From Paramoeba atlantica (taxonomy: Eukaryota > Protista > Discosea): a stretch of 64,000 nt of DNA. The position numbers and the translations under genes were made by a program. Positions 31,434 to 42,774 of the stretch are shown in pieces. Position 1 is the stretch's first letter, and each line of letters starts with the position of its first letter. The notes under the pieces are model-generated. The model was not told the DNA's origin and searched no databases. It saw only the letters and a list, made by a program, of their open reading frames with translations. The stretch is from contig CDRNVI010000021.1 in NCBI GenBank assembly GCA_977017575.1, positions 496,001 to 560,000 of the forward strand, given 5' to 3'.

Positions 31434-33218
31434 ATGAGTTTTTTTCGCGATCTACTGGACCCCAGTTGCGGAGGGAACACATTTGCAGATGCAGCAGGGG
31501 CTATGTTTCAAGGCCCTATGGTTCCGCTTGAGACTTGGGGTGAGACACCGGAGGAATCTCATGTGAATGAAGCGCCCCCTCTATACGCTGACTTTAATGC
31601 TTTTCCCTCGAACTACAACGATGAGACGCCTCCAATAGAATACGCAGAAACGTTAATCACCCCTTTTACGGGAAATGATGAATATTTCGATGTTTCTTTT
31701 GATTCCGTATGGAATCAGGAGCGTAAATCAGGTGAACCTCCATCGCGCATGAGGGATGAATCATATGCAGAGTATGTTCCTGGTTCAGATGCTCATATTG
31801 GATTTGATGACCCAGGAGACAGCTCTGCGTGGCTTGAAAGGTTTGTAGGAGAGGCTTCGGGGCCTATCGTAAATGAACCTGTGCAAGAATTTTCTATCGA
31901 AGGCATGGGTGAACAAAATATTAATTCAGAACCCACGATACTGGATGAAGAACTTGACGAGGCTCGTTCGGAGTCAGTTAATCAAGACAACTCTTTCTCT
32001 GAAACAACCGAACATGACGTAATAAATGAGAGTGCGGTACCAGATGATTTGGAAAATACGTCATGGGCAAACCAATTTCAAGACGACGAAGGATTCTCGA
32101 CTTTTGAGGAGCAAGCTGTGGAAGAATCCTGGGCTAAAGACTTCCTTCAAAATTCGGATAACGAAGACCTTTCCTGGGAACAAGAATATGAGAACTTTTC
32201 CAAGAATGAGTTAGGACTGGATAAAACTTCCGAAGAGTACCCATTTCATCCTGACAATCCGTATCGCTTTCATGACTTTCCTTTTGAGGAAGGGAACGAT
32301 CTGTTGCACGCCGGGGCGGTAGCCTCCGCTGCCCTAGCCTTTGAGGCAGCCTGCCAAAAAGATAGTCAACACGTAGAGGCATGGCAGCAACTGGGCCATG
32401 CCCTACAAGAGAGCGAGAAAGACCCACTCGCTGTAATCGCACTACGTAAGGCTGTAGAATTAGATCCATTGTGTCTTCCCAATTATCTTTCTCTTAGCGC
32501 TTCCTTGACGAATGAGGGACATGCCGGTGCAGCACTTGGGATTTTACGTCAATGGCTGCGGTATCATCCAGAATATGCGTCGTATACTGTTGATGCAATA
32601 ACCTCCGAGGGGGACGAAATGGTATCTGAGTACCTCGAGGTAAACGCTGACGAGCACCAGGCCCTAAGTAGCTCTCTTGAGCAAGCAGCCGTCTATAGCA
32701 ACACGGACCCTGACCTCCACCTGGCGCTTGGTATTGTTCACAATCTTTCCCATGAATACGATCTCGCCGCGGCGGATTTTCAAAGCGCCTTAGCATTACG
32801 CTCCGACGATGCCATTTTGTGGAATCAACTGGGCGCCACACTAGCTAATGGGAACCGATCGCAAGAAGCGCTTCAGGCATACGACCGTGCATTAGACATT
32901 AAACCGGGTAATGTTCGGGTGCACTACAACCGCGGCATCTCGCTCTCCAACCTTGGGGAGTACGCGGAGGCTGTACGTACATTTCTTAGGGCAGTACATT
33001 TACAAAATGAAGCGACCAGTGAAACCTCTTTAGAAGATAAAGCAGATGGGCCCATGCTGCACCAGTACACACTGTTTCGCAGAGCAGAGTGTACACGCGA
33101 GATATGGAACATGATGCGTCTCACTTTACACCAGATGGATCGCAGTGACTTGATTGAGCTGACCACTAGAAATGATATTACAGCTCTTGCGAATGAATTT
33201 GGTGTAGAATTGAACTGA
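31434..33218 (+). CDS. PEX5: Peroxisomal/glycosomal PTS1 receptor PEX5
   Basis: N-terminal conserved Cys (DPSCGGN), four WxxxF/Y motifs (WLERF, WANQF, WAKDF, WEQEY), and a C-terminal TPR array (WNQLGATLANGNRSQEALQAYDRALDIKPG). ATG at 31434 is the likely start. Confidence 0.95.
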   Translation: MSFFRDLLDPSCGGNTFADAAGAMFQGPMVPLETWGETPEESHVNEAPPLYADFNAFPSNYNDETPPIEYAETLITPFTGNDEYFDVSFDSVWNQERKSGEPPSRMRDESYAEYVPGSDAHIGFDDPGDSSAWLERFVGEASGPIVNEPVQEFSIEGMGEQNINSEPTILDEELDEARSESVNQDNSFSETTEHDVINESAVPDDLENTSWANQFQDDEGFSTFEEQAVEESWAKDFLQNSDNEDLSWEQEYENFSKNELGLDKTSEEYPFHPDNPYRFHDFPFEEGNDLLHAGAVASAALAFEAACQKDSQHVEAWQQLGHALQESEKDPLAVIALRKAVELDPLCLPNYLSLSASLTNEGHAGAALGILRQWLRYHPEYASYTVDAITSEGDEMVSEYLEVNADEHQALSSSLEQAAVYSNTDPDLHLALGIVHNLSHEYDLAAADFQSALALRSDDAILWNQLGATLANGNRSQEALQAYDRALDIKPGNVRVHYNRGISLSNLGEYAEAVRTFLRAVHLQNEATSETSLEDKADGPMLHQYTLFRRAECTREIWNMMRLTLHQMDRSDLIELTTRNDITALANEFGVELN

Positions 33219-34013
33219 GAATATTTAAGGCTACCTGCATTCGAATCTCGGATTACTCTAGCTACTATAAGCGCTTGTCCATACTTTGGCCACTCTTTGA
33301 CGGCAAGCAACGCGCAGCCAGAGAAGACTTATATCGAAACACAATGGGGCCACGAATTTTTATAAGGTATTTACGTGCTTTATTCTGTGATTCCGCAAGT
33401 TCATGGTGGGGCATCTTTCACTCCGGAGATTCGGAGTTTTACTCTCGATTTCTGACAACTGTGCTTTAGATTACGTTCACTGTGCTTTACTTCCGTTCTA
33501 AATGATGCTTTTGTTTGGCTTGAGCAACGAAGCATATAAACACATATGAAACACACATAGAACAGTGTTCCCCACGAAGACTCTCCGGCATGAACGGGAA
33601 CTAGTTGTGCTCCCGTTTCGCACACCGGTCTAGTCATGTTAGTGGAAAAAATGACAAAGCGCAATAAATTTTCCAACAATTTAGACGGTCTCCAACAGAG
33701 ATATCTAGTCCATATGCGTCGTATCCTACTTATTCATGAAAATATAGATTTCAACTCATTGGTGGTACTCATTGGAAGCACTGTTTCTTTAAGTGTTTCA
33801 AAGTCTATGTTATTTTCAGAATAATTTATAGGAGAGTGGACAAGCTATAATTTAGTTTCTACATCGTCTTTGTTCGTCATGCTGTAATGTTTTTGCTTCC
33901 CGCCAAATATAATGTATGTTAGATTTTTCTTGAATTTTATTCAAAGACGTCTTACTGGATGTGTCGTGCGGAAGAAACGAAATAAGATACACAAATTAAA
34001 TTTTCTTTTCTTA

Positions 34014-34685
34014 ATGCTGTCGGGAACGCATGTGCTAGGACGGCTGTTCTCTTTTTCGATTACAAAGCTTTTTCGCGCCAGTACCGTCTGTCGGGAGCTT
34101 GCACCCGAGCATCAACTCGAGTTCAAACCCATAATCTTTGTTAAAACTATATTAGGTCCCGACGGTGGATTCGCGGGAGAAGAACGGTTAGTGAAACGTG
34201 AGGTTGCAATGAGTCACCTAGAATGCGAAACTGCAGTTGAACCTTGCGAAGAGACACTTGCTGGCGTATGGTGCTACAACCCTGAAACGGAGCAAAATGA
34301 CAAGTATGTTGCCCGAACAGCCGAATTTCTTGCTCTTGCAGCCCGAAAAAGGCAGTGGCTTGATCTTTACTGGAGGGTGAACACTGGCTACCTGTTGTTC
34401 TCTAGACGATCTTTTGGGGGAGGGTGGCGCATTAATTGTCCCTTACGAAAAAAGGATGTTGTACAAAAACTTTGGCAACAGTATCGCGTTCGTGTTGATC
34501 CTTCCTTAATTGAATTTAGAGAGAAAGATAAACTTACAGGAATTGATGTTTTAGGGCATAATTGGTGTTGGCTCTATATGCCGGGAGCGGAAGAGCTTGG
34601 CATCGAACGTGAAGTCTATGATAATAAGAGAGTAAAAGTGCGTGTACACCTTCGTAAGCCTGCGGATGGGAGAGCTCTCTACTGA
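34014..34685 (+). CDS. Mitochondrial ribosomal protein bL9m-like
   Basis: IFVKTILG..GGFAGEERLVKR resembles the L9 N-domain; RKKDVVQKLWQQYRVRVDPSLI...IDVLG resembles the L9 C-domain. ATG at 34014 is the likely start. Confidence 0.5.
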   Translation: MLSGTHVLGRLFSFSITKLFRASTVCRELAPEHQLEFKPIIFVKTILGPDGGFAGEERLVKREVAMSHLECETAVEPCEETLAGVWCYNPETEQNDKYVARTAEFLALAARKRQWLDLYWRVNTGYLLFSRRSFGGGWRINCPLRKKDVVQKLWQQYRVRVDPSLIEFREKDKLTGIDVLGHNWCWLYMPGAEELGIEREVYDNKRVKVRVHLRKPADGRALY

Positions 34686-34895
34686 TTTTATTAGACAATG
34701 TAGCAACTAAATAATGTATCATACGCAGGGCAGTTCAATTTTCTGTGGCGTGCTTATTACTACATTCGCTAACATGGAAATCATTTAATTGGCATGGCAT
34801 ATACATGATATACATAGATCATGTATAGATATGCATACATGGCATGGCATACATGTATAGATCTTTTTCTACTGTATATTCTTCCGTATGACCGA

Positions 34896-37892
34896 ATGAC
34901 GACTCCTAATATTTTCGAAAAATTGGGGCTTGAAAATTTGCTTTCTGTGAATTTTCGCACGAAAAAGGATCGACTCCAACGAAAAAGTGAAGAAAAGAGA
35001 AGTAGGGAATGCCTTTTGCGTGCATCAATGATGAAACTGCATGAATCCAAAGATGAAACCGAACAACATCACGCTTATGTACGCGAAAAGCAGAAAGCCA
35101 TCAAATTTACCAAAGCAGAGCGAAAACGAATTATGAAGGAAAAGAAACAGGGAGCTTCTTCACAAAAAGAATTAAGCTCACCATACGTTACTGATAACGT
35201 GGGTAGTATACAAGGTCAACAGACGGCAAAACGTTTGAAACGAAACACAAAGAATGACCCCGATTCTGATGTAGAAATTCCACATGTTATTCTACCAGAA
35301 AATTCCATAAAATTTCAAAGCGTACAAATTCATCGGTCACAAGCATTGGAATTGCAGCGCTCTTTTCTCCCTGCTACAAAGTATGAGCGGGAAATCATTG
35401 AAGCAGCAAAAATATCAGCATACACCGGATGTGCCTTAATTTGTGGTGCTACAGGTTGCGGAAAGACTACACAAGTTCCTCAATTTCTATGGGAATACGG
35501 CTTCCCTGATGTAATTGCCGTAACTCAACCGCGTCGTGTTGCGGTCAGAGCCATGGCTGAACGTGTGCGTTGGGAACTCGGAGAGCCTCCCATAGGCGTA
35601 GGTAGAGTGGGCTATCAGGTTCGCTACGATCGCAAAACATCACAAGATACCAGGTTACTTTTTCTTACGGAAGGCATATTGTTGAAACAAATTCAGCAGG
35701 ATTTTTCTTTGTCTCAGTATTCCGCTATTATCATTGACGAAGCTCATGAACGTAGTGTTGAATGCGACCTTCTCCTTGGCTTACTTTCACGAATAGTACC
35801 GCTCAGGTCAACTATGAATCGACCTCTGGCTGTGTTGATTATGAGTGCTACGTTACAACTTGCTGATTTTGCAAGTAACAGAAAACTTTACCCGAAACCA
35901 CCCCCCATCGTGGAAATTGAAAGTAGAACTTACTCGGTCACTGAGCATTATGCGCTGCAGAGCTCAACTTTGGATTCTTATCTTTCAGATGCTTTTCTCA
36001 AATGTATACAGATCCATACACGCTTGCCCGCAGGTGCAATACTGTGTTTTGTTCCAACCCAGCGTGACTGTGAGAATCTAACCCGAAAATTGATCGATTA
36101 TTTTTCCACAACCTCTACTAGGGCATACGATGAAACTGGTTTTCGCCACAACGTGAAGAATGGATTTTCTCACTCGCGTATGTTTGACTTTTCCGATACA
36201 GAACATGGAGAATTTCTTGACAAAACATCTGCGCAAGCACTGAGTTCGCAGATTGGGATTTCAGACCATGACAGTATCTATGATCTTGCTTCAGAGATAG
36301 AATCTAATCAAGACGATGAGCACCACGATCAAGGGATGTGCTTTGACACCTTGCATGTACTTCCCCTATATTCAAAACTGCGGTATGACTTGCAGCAAAG
36401 AATATTTCAGGAAACCCCAGAAGGAAAACGACTTTGTGTCGTCGCAACAAATGTTGCGGAAATTTCGCTCACCGTTCCATTTGTACGATATGTTGTAGAC
36501 ACAGGTTTCGTTAAAGAAAGATTATACAATGCAGATGATCATATTTATAAATATCACACTACCCAGATCAGTCAAAGTTCTGCAACTCAACGTGCGGGCA
36601 GAGCGGGACGTGTTGCTCCTGGACACTGTTATCGACTTTATAGTACGGGAACGATGTCATGCATGTCCCCGCAACAGATTCCTGAAATTACTCGAACCCC
36701 ATTAGAGCATCCTATTCTACTCCTGACAAAGTTGGGCGTTCGGACCGACACATTTCCTTTTCCAACGGAACCCCGTGTTGAGGATATACAGTGTGCGATT
36801 CAATCGTTACAAATTACGGGAGCCGTCGAGCGTAAAATGGGAACAAGCGATAGCGGTCTAGGAATTCAGATTACTACTCTAGGTGAAGAGTTGCTCGAGA
36901 TTCCGATTGCCCCTAGGTTTGCTATAATGTTATTGTCCGCTCGATCAATGCCTCCTATAGTACAATCCTACCTGGTAGATGCCGTGAGTGTGTGCTCGAC
37001 TGCTGTCGATCTCTTCGATCGTGAAAGTTATTGTAAACAAAAAGTGGAAGGTAAAAAGACCGCACCTCGTTCTTTTTCCGATCAAGGTTTCGCAGAAACT
37101 AATAAAGAGGAACCATCAAAAGCGACAGAGAAAACAAAGAACCGATTCTTGCATCCAGGAAGCGATATGTTAACTGCGGCGAATTGTTTGGAATACTATC
37201 GTAAGGCCAAAAACCGAAAATTATTTTGCAAGAAGCACAATATTATTCAGAACACCATACGAGAATCTCTTCTCCTTAGCATACAGCTTAAGAAGCACAG
37301 AAAACTATTTGGTACAACGGTGCCCTTGTGCAGTCGCGAAAATTCACATGATGAAAGACAAGAAATGTCTATGTCTAGTGCAGTGACAGATCGCAAGGAG
37401 GAACGCCAGCTGATGAGCTCACGTCACCGAATAACGCATCCTAGAGGTTTTCTTTCAAAGGACGAAGAAATTACGTTTCGACAAATTGTTTGCCGGGGTC
37501 TTTTGGATTGTGTGGCTCGACGAGCTACTTCTATGGAGTGTGAGGAACTTCACGTTCGTTGTGTATCCACCGGTCGCACTAGATATGTGGCGTATGTTCA
37601 CGTACTTCCGCTTTTCGTACGAAACGATTTTTCTCCCGTTAAGGAAGCATTATACATTCATCCTGATAGCGGGGTTAGTCGTATTCATCCTTCTCCTGAA
37701 TGGGTTGTTTTCTCCATGTTACAGAAATCATCACAAAAAAATGGGAAGAGGGAGTTTTCGAAAACTATCCCTAATCGTGCAGCGCTGGAGCACGAGAAGC
37801 CCGCTATCTATATGAAGGGCGTTACTGTAACTACGTGGCAGTGGCTTTGCGCAGTGAGATTCTTTTCTGAGCATCGTGAGCCCATAGAGTAA
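34896..37892 (+). CDS. DHX37: DEAH-box RNA helicase, DHX37/Dhr1 type
   Basis: GATGCGKTTQVPQFL, TQPRRVA, DEAHERS, MSAT, LHVLPLYS, VATNVAEISLT and QRAGRAGR. The start is uncertain (34821 or 34896). Confidence 0.85.
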   Translation: MTTPNIFEKLGLENLLSVNFRTKKDRLQRKSEEKRSRECLLRASMMKLHESKDETEQHHAYVREKQKAIKFTKAERKRIMKEKKQGASSQKELSSPYVTDNVGSIQGQQTAKRLKRNTKNDPDSDVEIPHVILPENSIKFQSVQIHRSQALELQRSFLPATKYEREIIEAAKISAYTGCALICGATGCGKTTQVPQFLWEYGFPDVIAVTQPRRVAVRAMAERVRWELGEPPIGVGRVGYQVRYDRKTSQDTRLLFLTEGILLKQIQQDFSLSQYSAIIIDEAHERSVECDLLLGLLSRIVPLRSTMNRPLAVLIMSATLQLADFASNRKLYPKPPPIVEIESRTYSVTEHYALQSSTLDSYLSDAFLKCIQIHTRLPAGAILCFVPTQRDCENLTRKLIDYFSTTSTRAYDETGFRHNVKNGFSHSRMFDFSDTEHGEFLDKTSAQALSSQIGISDHDSIYDLASEIESNQDDEHHDQGMCFDTLHVLPLYSKLRYDLQQRIFQETPEGKRLCVVATNVAEISLTVPFVRYVVDTGFVKERLYNADDHIYKYHTTQISQSSATQRAGRAGRVAPGHCYRLYSTGTMSCMSPQQIPEITRTPLEHPILLLTKLGVRTDTFPFPTEPRVEDIQCAIQSLQITGAVERKMGTSDSGLGIQITTLGEELLEIPIAPRFAIMLLSARSMPPIVQSYLVDAVSVCSTAVDLFDRESYCKQKVEGKKTAPRSFSDQGFAETNKEEPSKATEKTKNRFLHPGSDMLTAANCLEYYRKAKNRKLFCKKHNIIQNTIRESLLLSIQLKKHRKLFGTTVPLCSRENSHDERQEMSMSSAVTDRKEERQLMSSRHRITHPRGFLSKDEEITFRQIVCRGLLDCVARRATSMECEELHVRCVSTGRTRYVAYVHVLPLFVRNDFSPVKEALYIHPDSGVSRIHPSPEWVVFSMLQKSSQKNGKREFSKTIPNRAALEHEKPAIYMKGVTVTTWQWLCAVRFFSEHREPIE

Positions 37893-37927
37893 AATCAGAG
37901 ATGTCGTTTAAATTATAGAATAACGTA

Positions 37928-38147
37928 CTGTGTCCCCCCACTTATTTGTCATAGCAAGCCCCCTTACTTATTTGTCTTGCCTCTGCGCGCAACCCAAAAT
38001 TGGGGAAGACCTCCTCGTGGTCTTCCATTCGTAAACAAATATTTCGAAGTATAAAAATATTTTGACCCCCCACTTAATTTTCATAGCCTAACCCCCCCAC
38101 TTTGTCCTTTTTTCGAAGAACAGGTGACAAATAATTGGGGGACACAG
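37928..38147. mobile_element. 220-bp MITE with TA target duplication
   Basis: Left end CTGTGTCCCCCCACTTATTTGTCA; reverse complement of the right end CTGTGTCCCCCAATTATTTGTCA; TA at 37926-37927 and 38148-38149. Confidence 0.85.
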
Positions 38148-38306
38148 TATTTTAGTTTCGCTTCAATTCTTTTATCCACATCTCCGATTGTGACGTTGTT
38201 CCTCCTCCATAGTGCCCCACTAAATGTGCTTTAGTTTATTTCTTAGTGTGCGTCGCACGTTACTAGACTTACTACTATACTTTCAGATGTAACATAATTT
38301 TTTTCA

Positions 38307-39224
38307 ATGTTTCTGAAATCTATCTTGTGTCGAGTAGTTTTGCTCGCCTTTACAATGACTTGCGGAAGCACTGCAGACTTTCCTGCACAAGCCGCTTTAC
38401 GCGCACTCCCTAAGATTCTGTATGGGACAGCTTGGAAAAAACAACGCACCGCGGATCTTGTGGCTTCCGCCTTGAAGCATGGTTTTCGTGGTATCGATAC
38501 TGCCTGTCAACCGCGGCACTATCGGGAGGATCTCGTCGGCATAGGAATCATCAAGGCCTATCACGAAAATCCCGATCTGCGACGTGAAGACCTTTTCCTC
38601 CAAACGAAATTTTCTCCAATTTCTGCACAAGATCCGAGTAATATTCCCTACGACCCGCTATCTTCCATTGCTACTCAAGTGTCTTCCTCCGTGCAAACAT
38701 CCTTAAAGAATCTACAAACAATGTACATAGATAGCCTTGTGCTTCACTCACCATATTCTGATCCGCAAGACACAATAAGTGCGTGGCGAGCGATGGAAGA
38801 AGAGGTTTCTAAAGGACACGTACGTAGCCTTGGAATTAGCAATGAGTATAGCCTGAAAAACTTGCGTTGGCTTTATAGTCATGCTCGTGTCAAACCCTCC
38901 GTTGTTCAGAATCGTTTTTACCATCAATCCGGATACGACAAGGAAATACGAAGTTTCTGTCAAGAAAATGGAGTAGTTTATCAATCATTCTGGACCCTGA
39001 CGGCTAACCCACATCTTCTTCAAAGTACAGAGTTAAAAGATCTTGCTCAAAAGCGTGGTATCACAGTTGAACAAGCATTGTACCGCTTTGTTCTAGATCT
39101 TGGTATCACTCCATTGGACGGCACTACTTCAGAAAAGCACATGGACGAAGATTTGGTGGTAGCACGTTCTGTCACACCTCTCTCTGAATTTGAGCTGCAA
39201 GAAATCAATCAACTGTTACAGTGA
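38307..39224 (+). CDS. Aldo/keto reductase
   Basis: LYGTAWK, GFRGIDTA..Y, REDLFLQTKF, YIDSLVLHSP, VRSLGISN, KPSVVQN. Confidence 0.9.
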   Translation: MFLKSILCRVVLLAFTMTCGSTADFPAQAALRALPKILYGTAWKKQRTADLVASALKHGFRGIDTACQPRHYREDLVGIGIIKAYHENPDLRREDLFLQTKFSPISAQDPSNIPYDPLSSIATQVSSSVQTSLKNLQTMYIDSLVLHSPYSDPQDTISAWRAMEEEVSKGHVRSLGISNEYSLKNLRWLYSHARVKPSVVQNRFYHQSGYDKEIRSFCQENGVVYQSFWTLTANPHLLQSTELKDLAQKRGITVEQALYRFVLDLGITPLDGTTSEKHMDEDLVVARSVTPLSEFELQEINQLLQ

Positions 39225-39776
39225 TTGTTTTTTTCAATCCGTTAAAAGTTTTTCATGATATACATCCTCAACCTAAATCACCGAGATTCCATTAGGCTGT
39301 GGGCACCAGATCATAAATTCGTAAACTTTACGTTAGTAATTCGAATTGTGTATATAAAAGTCGAATTGTGTATATAGTTTTAGTTGTAATTACGAATAAG
39401 ATGAAACTCATTCTTAATGTGTAGTACATTATACATGTATTTCTTGTTTGGTTTATCCGCGACTATAATTTTTGAATGGGACATGGAAAGGCGAACGTAA
39501 TCCCCAGTCGTAAGTTTGGCTATTTCATAAGATTATCCGGATCATAAATGTTTTTATTTATGCAAATATGGTTATGAGATATAAATAATACTAAGACTTG
39601 TGAATAGAACTGAATAGAAATCGATAGTGGGAATTATTATTATGTGATACTACATTCTTAAAATTCTATATTACATTTCAAAATTAAGTTTTTGAATCAG
39701 AAATTTGCATTCCCATTTAATTGGTATTTATTTATTCGAAACATCTACAGTACAGTATTAGGCAGCAAATAAATCA

Positions 39777-40463
39777 ATGAATCTGCCGCGTATTTCTTTG
39801 TTCTTGAATGTGGACATTCATCATCATCCATATCGCGTTCGTAGCTGCATTCTTCCTCCAGAAGTAACTCTTAGGCGCTTTTTCCGCAACACATCATATT
39901 CGAGTTTATCATGGAAGGATGAAATCCCTGCTTCAAAATGGGAAGGCATTCAGTGTGATGAAACGGGATACGTGATTTCTATAGATCTGTTTCAAAAAGG
40001 AATTTCGGGTTCTCTGTCTTGGAATCATCTTCCTTTTAGAGTACAAGATTTGGTTCTTGCTGTCAATCGATTACAAGGGGAAATATCGCTTGCCTCTCTG
40101 CCGCTCACTTGCAAAAAGATTCGCCTAGATTTTAATGAATTCTGTGGGTCATTATCACTTTCTGAGCTGCGGTACCATGGGGCGCTTAGTTCATTGATTT
40201 TGACGCGCAATAACTTCGGTGGTTCACTCGACCTCACTTGTCTGCCACATGGCCTCAAGCACCTCTGTCTGGATCATAATCATTTTTCTGGGAGTATCTC
40301 CTTTAATCATTTACCAGGCAGTCTTTCTGTTCTACTTATCCACAAAAATGACCTTGAAGGTGTACTAGACCTGGAAAAGCTTCCACACAATGTAAAACTT
40401 GTAAAGTATCATGTAAATGCTTTTGATTTGGTGAAAAGGAATCAGGCTGATCCTAGTACGTAA
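39777..40463 (+). CDS. Leucine-rich repeat protein (LPxxLxxLxLxxNxFxGxxxL type)
   Basis: N-cap WEGIQCD followed by about six 23-24-aa repeats such as LPHGLKHLCLDHNHFSGSISFNH. Confidence 0.85.
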   Translation: MNLPRISLFLNVDIHHHPYRVRSCILPPEVTLRRFFRNTSYSSLSWKDEIPASKWEGIQCDETGYVISIDLFQKGISGSLSWNHLPFRVQDLVLAVNRLQGEISLASLPLTCKKIRLDFNEFCGSLSLSELRYHGALSSLILTRNNFGGSLDLTCLPHGLKHLCLDHNHFSGSISFNHLPGSLSVLLIHKNDLEGVLDLEKLPHNVKLVKYHVNAFDLVKRNQADPST

Positions 40464-40757
40464 AAACTTACGATCTTATGCCCGCCGTCCTCCATTGGTG
40501 GTCTCTCTATCCTAGCATTGTCACAGCAGAGTCAAGGTTATGTCGTCGTTTTAGGGAAGTGAATCCTGCTGCGGAGCGACACAATTTTTTGACTCATTGT
40601 ACATTGTATATTGTTTATTATCAGCGTTGTTTATTATCAACGTTGATTATCATCAGCGTTGTTTTTACCAAAACAGGACAATGCAAGGGGAGACGATTTC
40701 ATACTATACGAATGCTTTCGACACATCATACTTTTCCATAGAAGGTCTTTATTGTGG

Positions 40758-41393
40758 ATGTCTGGTAGGCCTCGTAAGCAAGCGAAAACTGGAAAGGGTT
40801 CTGAAATCAAACTTGGAGATGTATGCAAGTTTGATGCACAAAAACAAATAACAGCAGCGGCTTCTTCCTCAACTACACGGAGTTCAATAAAAGGTGTTGG
40901 TTTTATCTCAAATGTGGGACATCTGTCGAATGGCACAGATTACGTGCGTGTATGCGACTTTGTGCGCAAGTCTAATGCTTTTCCGCCATATCATCGCCGG
41001 ATAAGACATATCATACAGGGGAATTTGTGCAATTATTCGTATTCATATTGCTCACAGATTCCTGTGAGAAATAGTTTGTGTATGAATAGTGATCAATCAG
41101 AATCCTCCCGTGTAAATCATGTTCGCACTTCTCTTTCGGGCTTTCAAAAAAATCGAAATGCGATTGATACAGAAGGTCAAAACCTTTCTAATGAATTCGC
41201 AAAAATCACTACCCTTCCAAAGGTTTCGTGCATAGATATTCCTACAGCCATAAATGGCATTCAGTTTCCTGCACGAACTAGTGAGATCAATAAATCTCTA
41301 AGACAAATCCAGCTTGACTTAGTTCATCGTGCTGACCATATTTCATCCCTTACGCGCTACAAGGAATCATTAAAAATGGAAGGAATTGTGTAA
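40758..41393 (+). CDS. Hypothetical protein
   Basis: ATG-initiated ORF of about 211 aa on the cluster strand; no motif recognised. Confidence 0.45.
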   Translation: MSGRPRKQAKTGKGSEIKLGDVCKFDAQKQITAAASSSTTRSSIKGVGFISNVGHLSNGTDYVRVCDFVRKSNAFPPYHRRIRHIIQGNLCNYSYSYCSQIPVRNSLCMNSDQSESSRVNHVRTSLSGFQKNRNAIDTEGQNLSNEFAKITTLPKVSCIDIPTAINGIQFPARTSEINKSLRQIQLDLVHRADHISSLTRYKESLKMEGIV

Positions 41394-41526
41394 AAACTCC
41401 CCTATCACTAGTTATCACAATTCTTAATATCATCCTACTTCTACGTTTATTAGACGAGTTCTACAAGTGGTAAGTATTCGATGTATGTGTTCGGTTTTAT
41501 AAGTATGCTCATCTTTTGTTATTCAT

Positions 41527-42468
41527 ATGAAAACTCTCTTTGACTTCGGGATACGCACCACCACACAATTGCCTGCTCCAATCACTGATCATGAGAGAAA
41601 ATTTACATGTAGCGCATTGACCGAATGCACGGAACGATCTTCTGAAGCACATTGCGTCGATCAAGGTCTTACGATCAATGAACAGAAGACATTGTCGAAG
41701 CCTAAATCTTACACTCACAGAGAAACCAATAGTAAACTAAGACAAATGTGTTTGGATGTTGGTCAAAGTAACTTGGGTGTTTCGACCTGCAATACGTGTG
41801 GTATGGTGTACACCGCAGGAGACAAGGAAGACGACGCTTTACATCGAAAATTGTGTAGCACTGTAGATCAGTTTCCTGCAGCTCGAATAAGAAAAATCTG
41901 TACCTTGGCACCTCTGGAAATCGCACCTGCGTTGGTATTCGGATACGTCTCCCCTTCCTATTACACGTCTTTGTCTGTAAGACAGATTTGTGAAATCGTA
42001 TTCGCTGGGTGTAGTGGCTCTGGTTTAAAAGAAAGAAACTCAGAACTAATTTTAGCGATAAAAGGCAAGCGCTCGAGAAACAAGGAAACTAAAAATGGTA
42101 CCGTCGAGCTTTCGTCCACATCTCACCGCATTGCTCTATGCATGAAATTATCTAATGGCTCAACGACGTCTAATAAGGACAAAGATTTAGGCACTTTTCT
42201 AAATTCTACATTATCAAAGGTTAGTGAACATTCACTATTACCTCAGAGCTCGAGTAAAGTAAAGGAATCTTACATGTTAGTCGGATTCCTTTCATTAGAG
42301 CTCTTGACGGATACCGACATTCCTTATCTTGCTAGAATAAATCACGAGTGGATGAATCCTAAACTTATATCTAAACAAAGAGAAGTAAGGGAAGGATTGC
42401 TTCATACATTGCGATTACATTCAATGTATGGGTATATAATGAAACCAGACGATATCTCTAGTACTTAG
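41527..42468 (+). CDS. ECO1: ECO1/ESCO cohesin acetyltransferase-like protein, C-terminus apparently short
   Basis: PIP box plus zinc finger QMCLDVGQSNLGVSTCNTCGMVYTAGDKEDDALHRKLC; LLHTLRLHSMYGYIM resembles the acetyltransferase tail. Confidence 0.72.
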   Translation: MKTLFDFGIRTTTQLPAPITDHERKFTCSALTECTERSSEAHCVDQGLTINEQKTLSKPKSYTHRETNSKLRQMCLDVGQSNLGVSTCNTCGMVYTAGDKEDDALHRKLCSTVDQFPAARIRKICTLAPLEIAPALVFGYVSPSYYTSLSVRQICEIVFAGCSGSGLKERNSELILAIKGKRSRNKETKNGTVELSSTSHRIALCMKLSNGSTTSNKDKDLGTFLNSTLSKVSEHSLLPQSSSKVKESYMLVGFLSLELLTDTDIPYLARINHEWMNPKLISKQREVREGLLHTLRLHSMYGYIMKPDDISST

Positions 42469-42774
42469 CGTGGTTTGCACGTAACGGTATCCAAGATCCG
42501 CTGAAAGCTGCGTCTGATGGTTCATCTATGCACAAACGCAACTTACACTCGACAAAGTACTCGTGTGCTACAGACGTGTACGCTAGCAATTGGCCTAATT
42601 ATATTGGCCTAATTATGGCAAAGCTTATATTGATGTACATGTATCGCTACTCTCGAACCTTTAGCAGTACTATATTATTTTTAACACCGCATTTTATAGG
42701 CGTATATTTTTTCGATATGCACCCACGGAGGAGATTCGCTGCTAGATTAAAAAAAGAGCTGTCGTTGGAATAAT

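Noticed and set aside
33219-33911. tRNA-like TTCGAATC motif near 33240 and short ORFs between PEX5 and bL9m
   Set aside because: No cloverleaf or A-box could be built, and the ORFs are short with no motifs.
39342-39378. CGAATTGTGTATATA duplicated in the spacer
   Set aside because: A simple local duplication in AT-rich DNA with no further structure.
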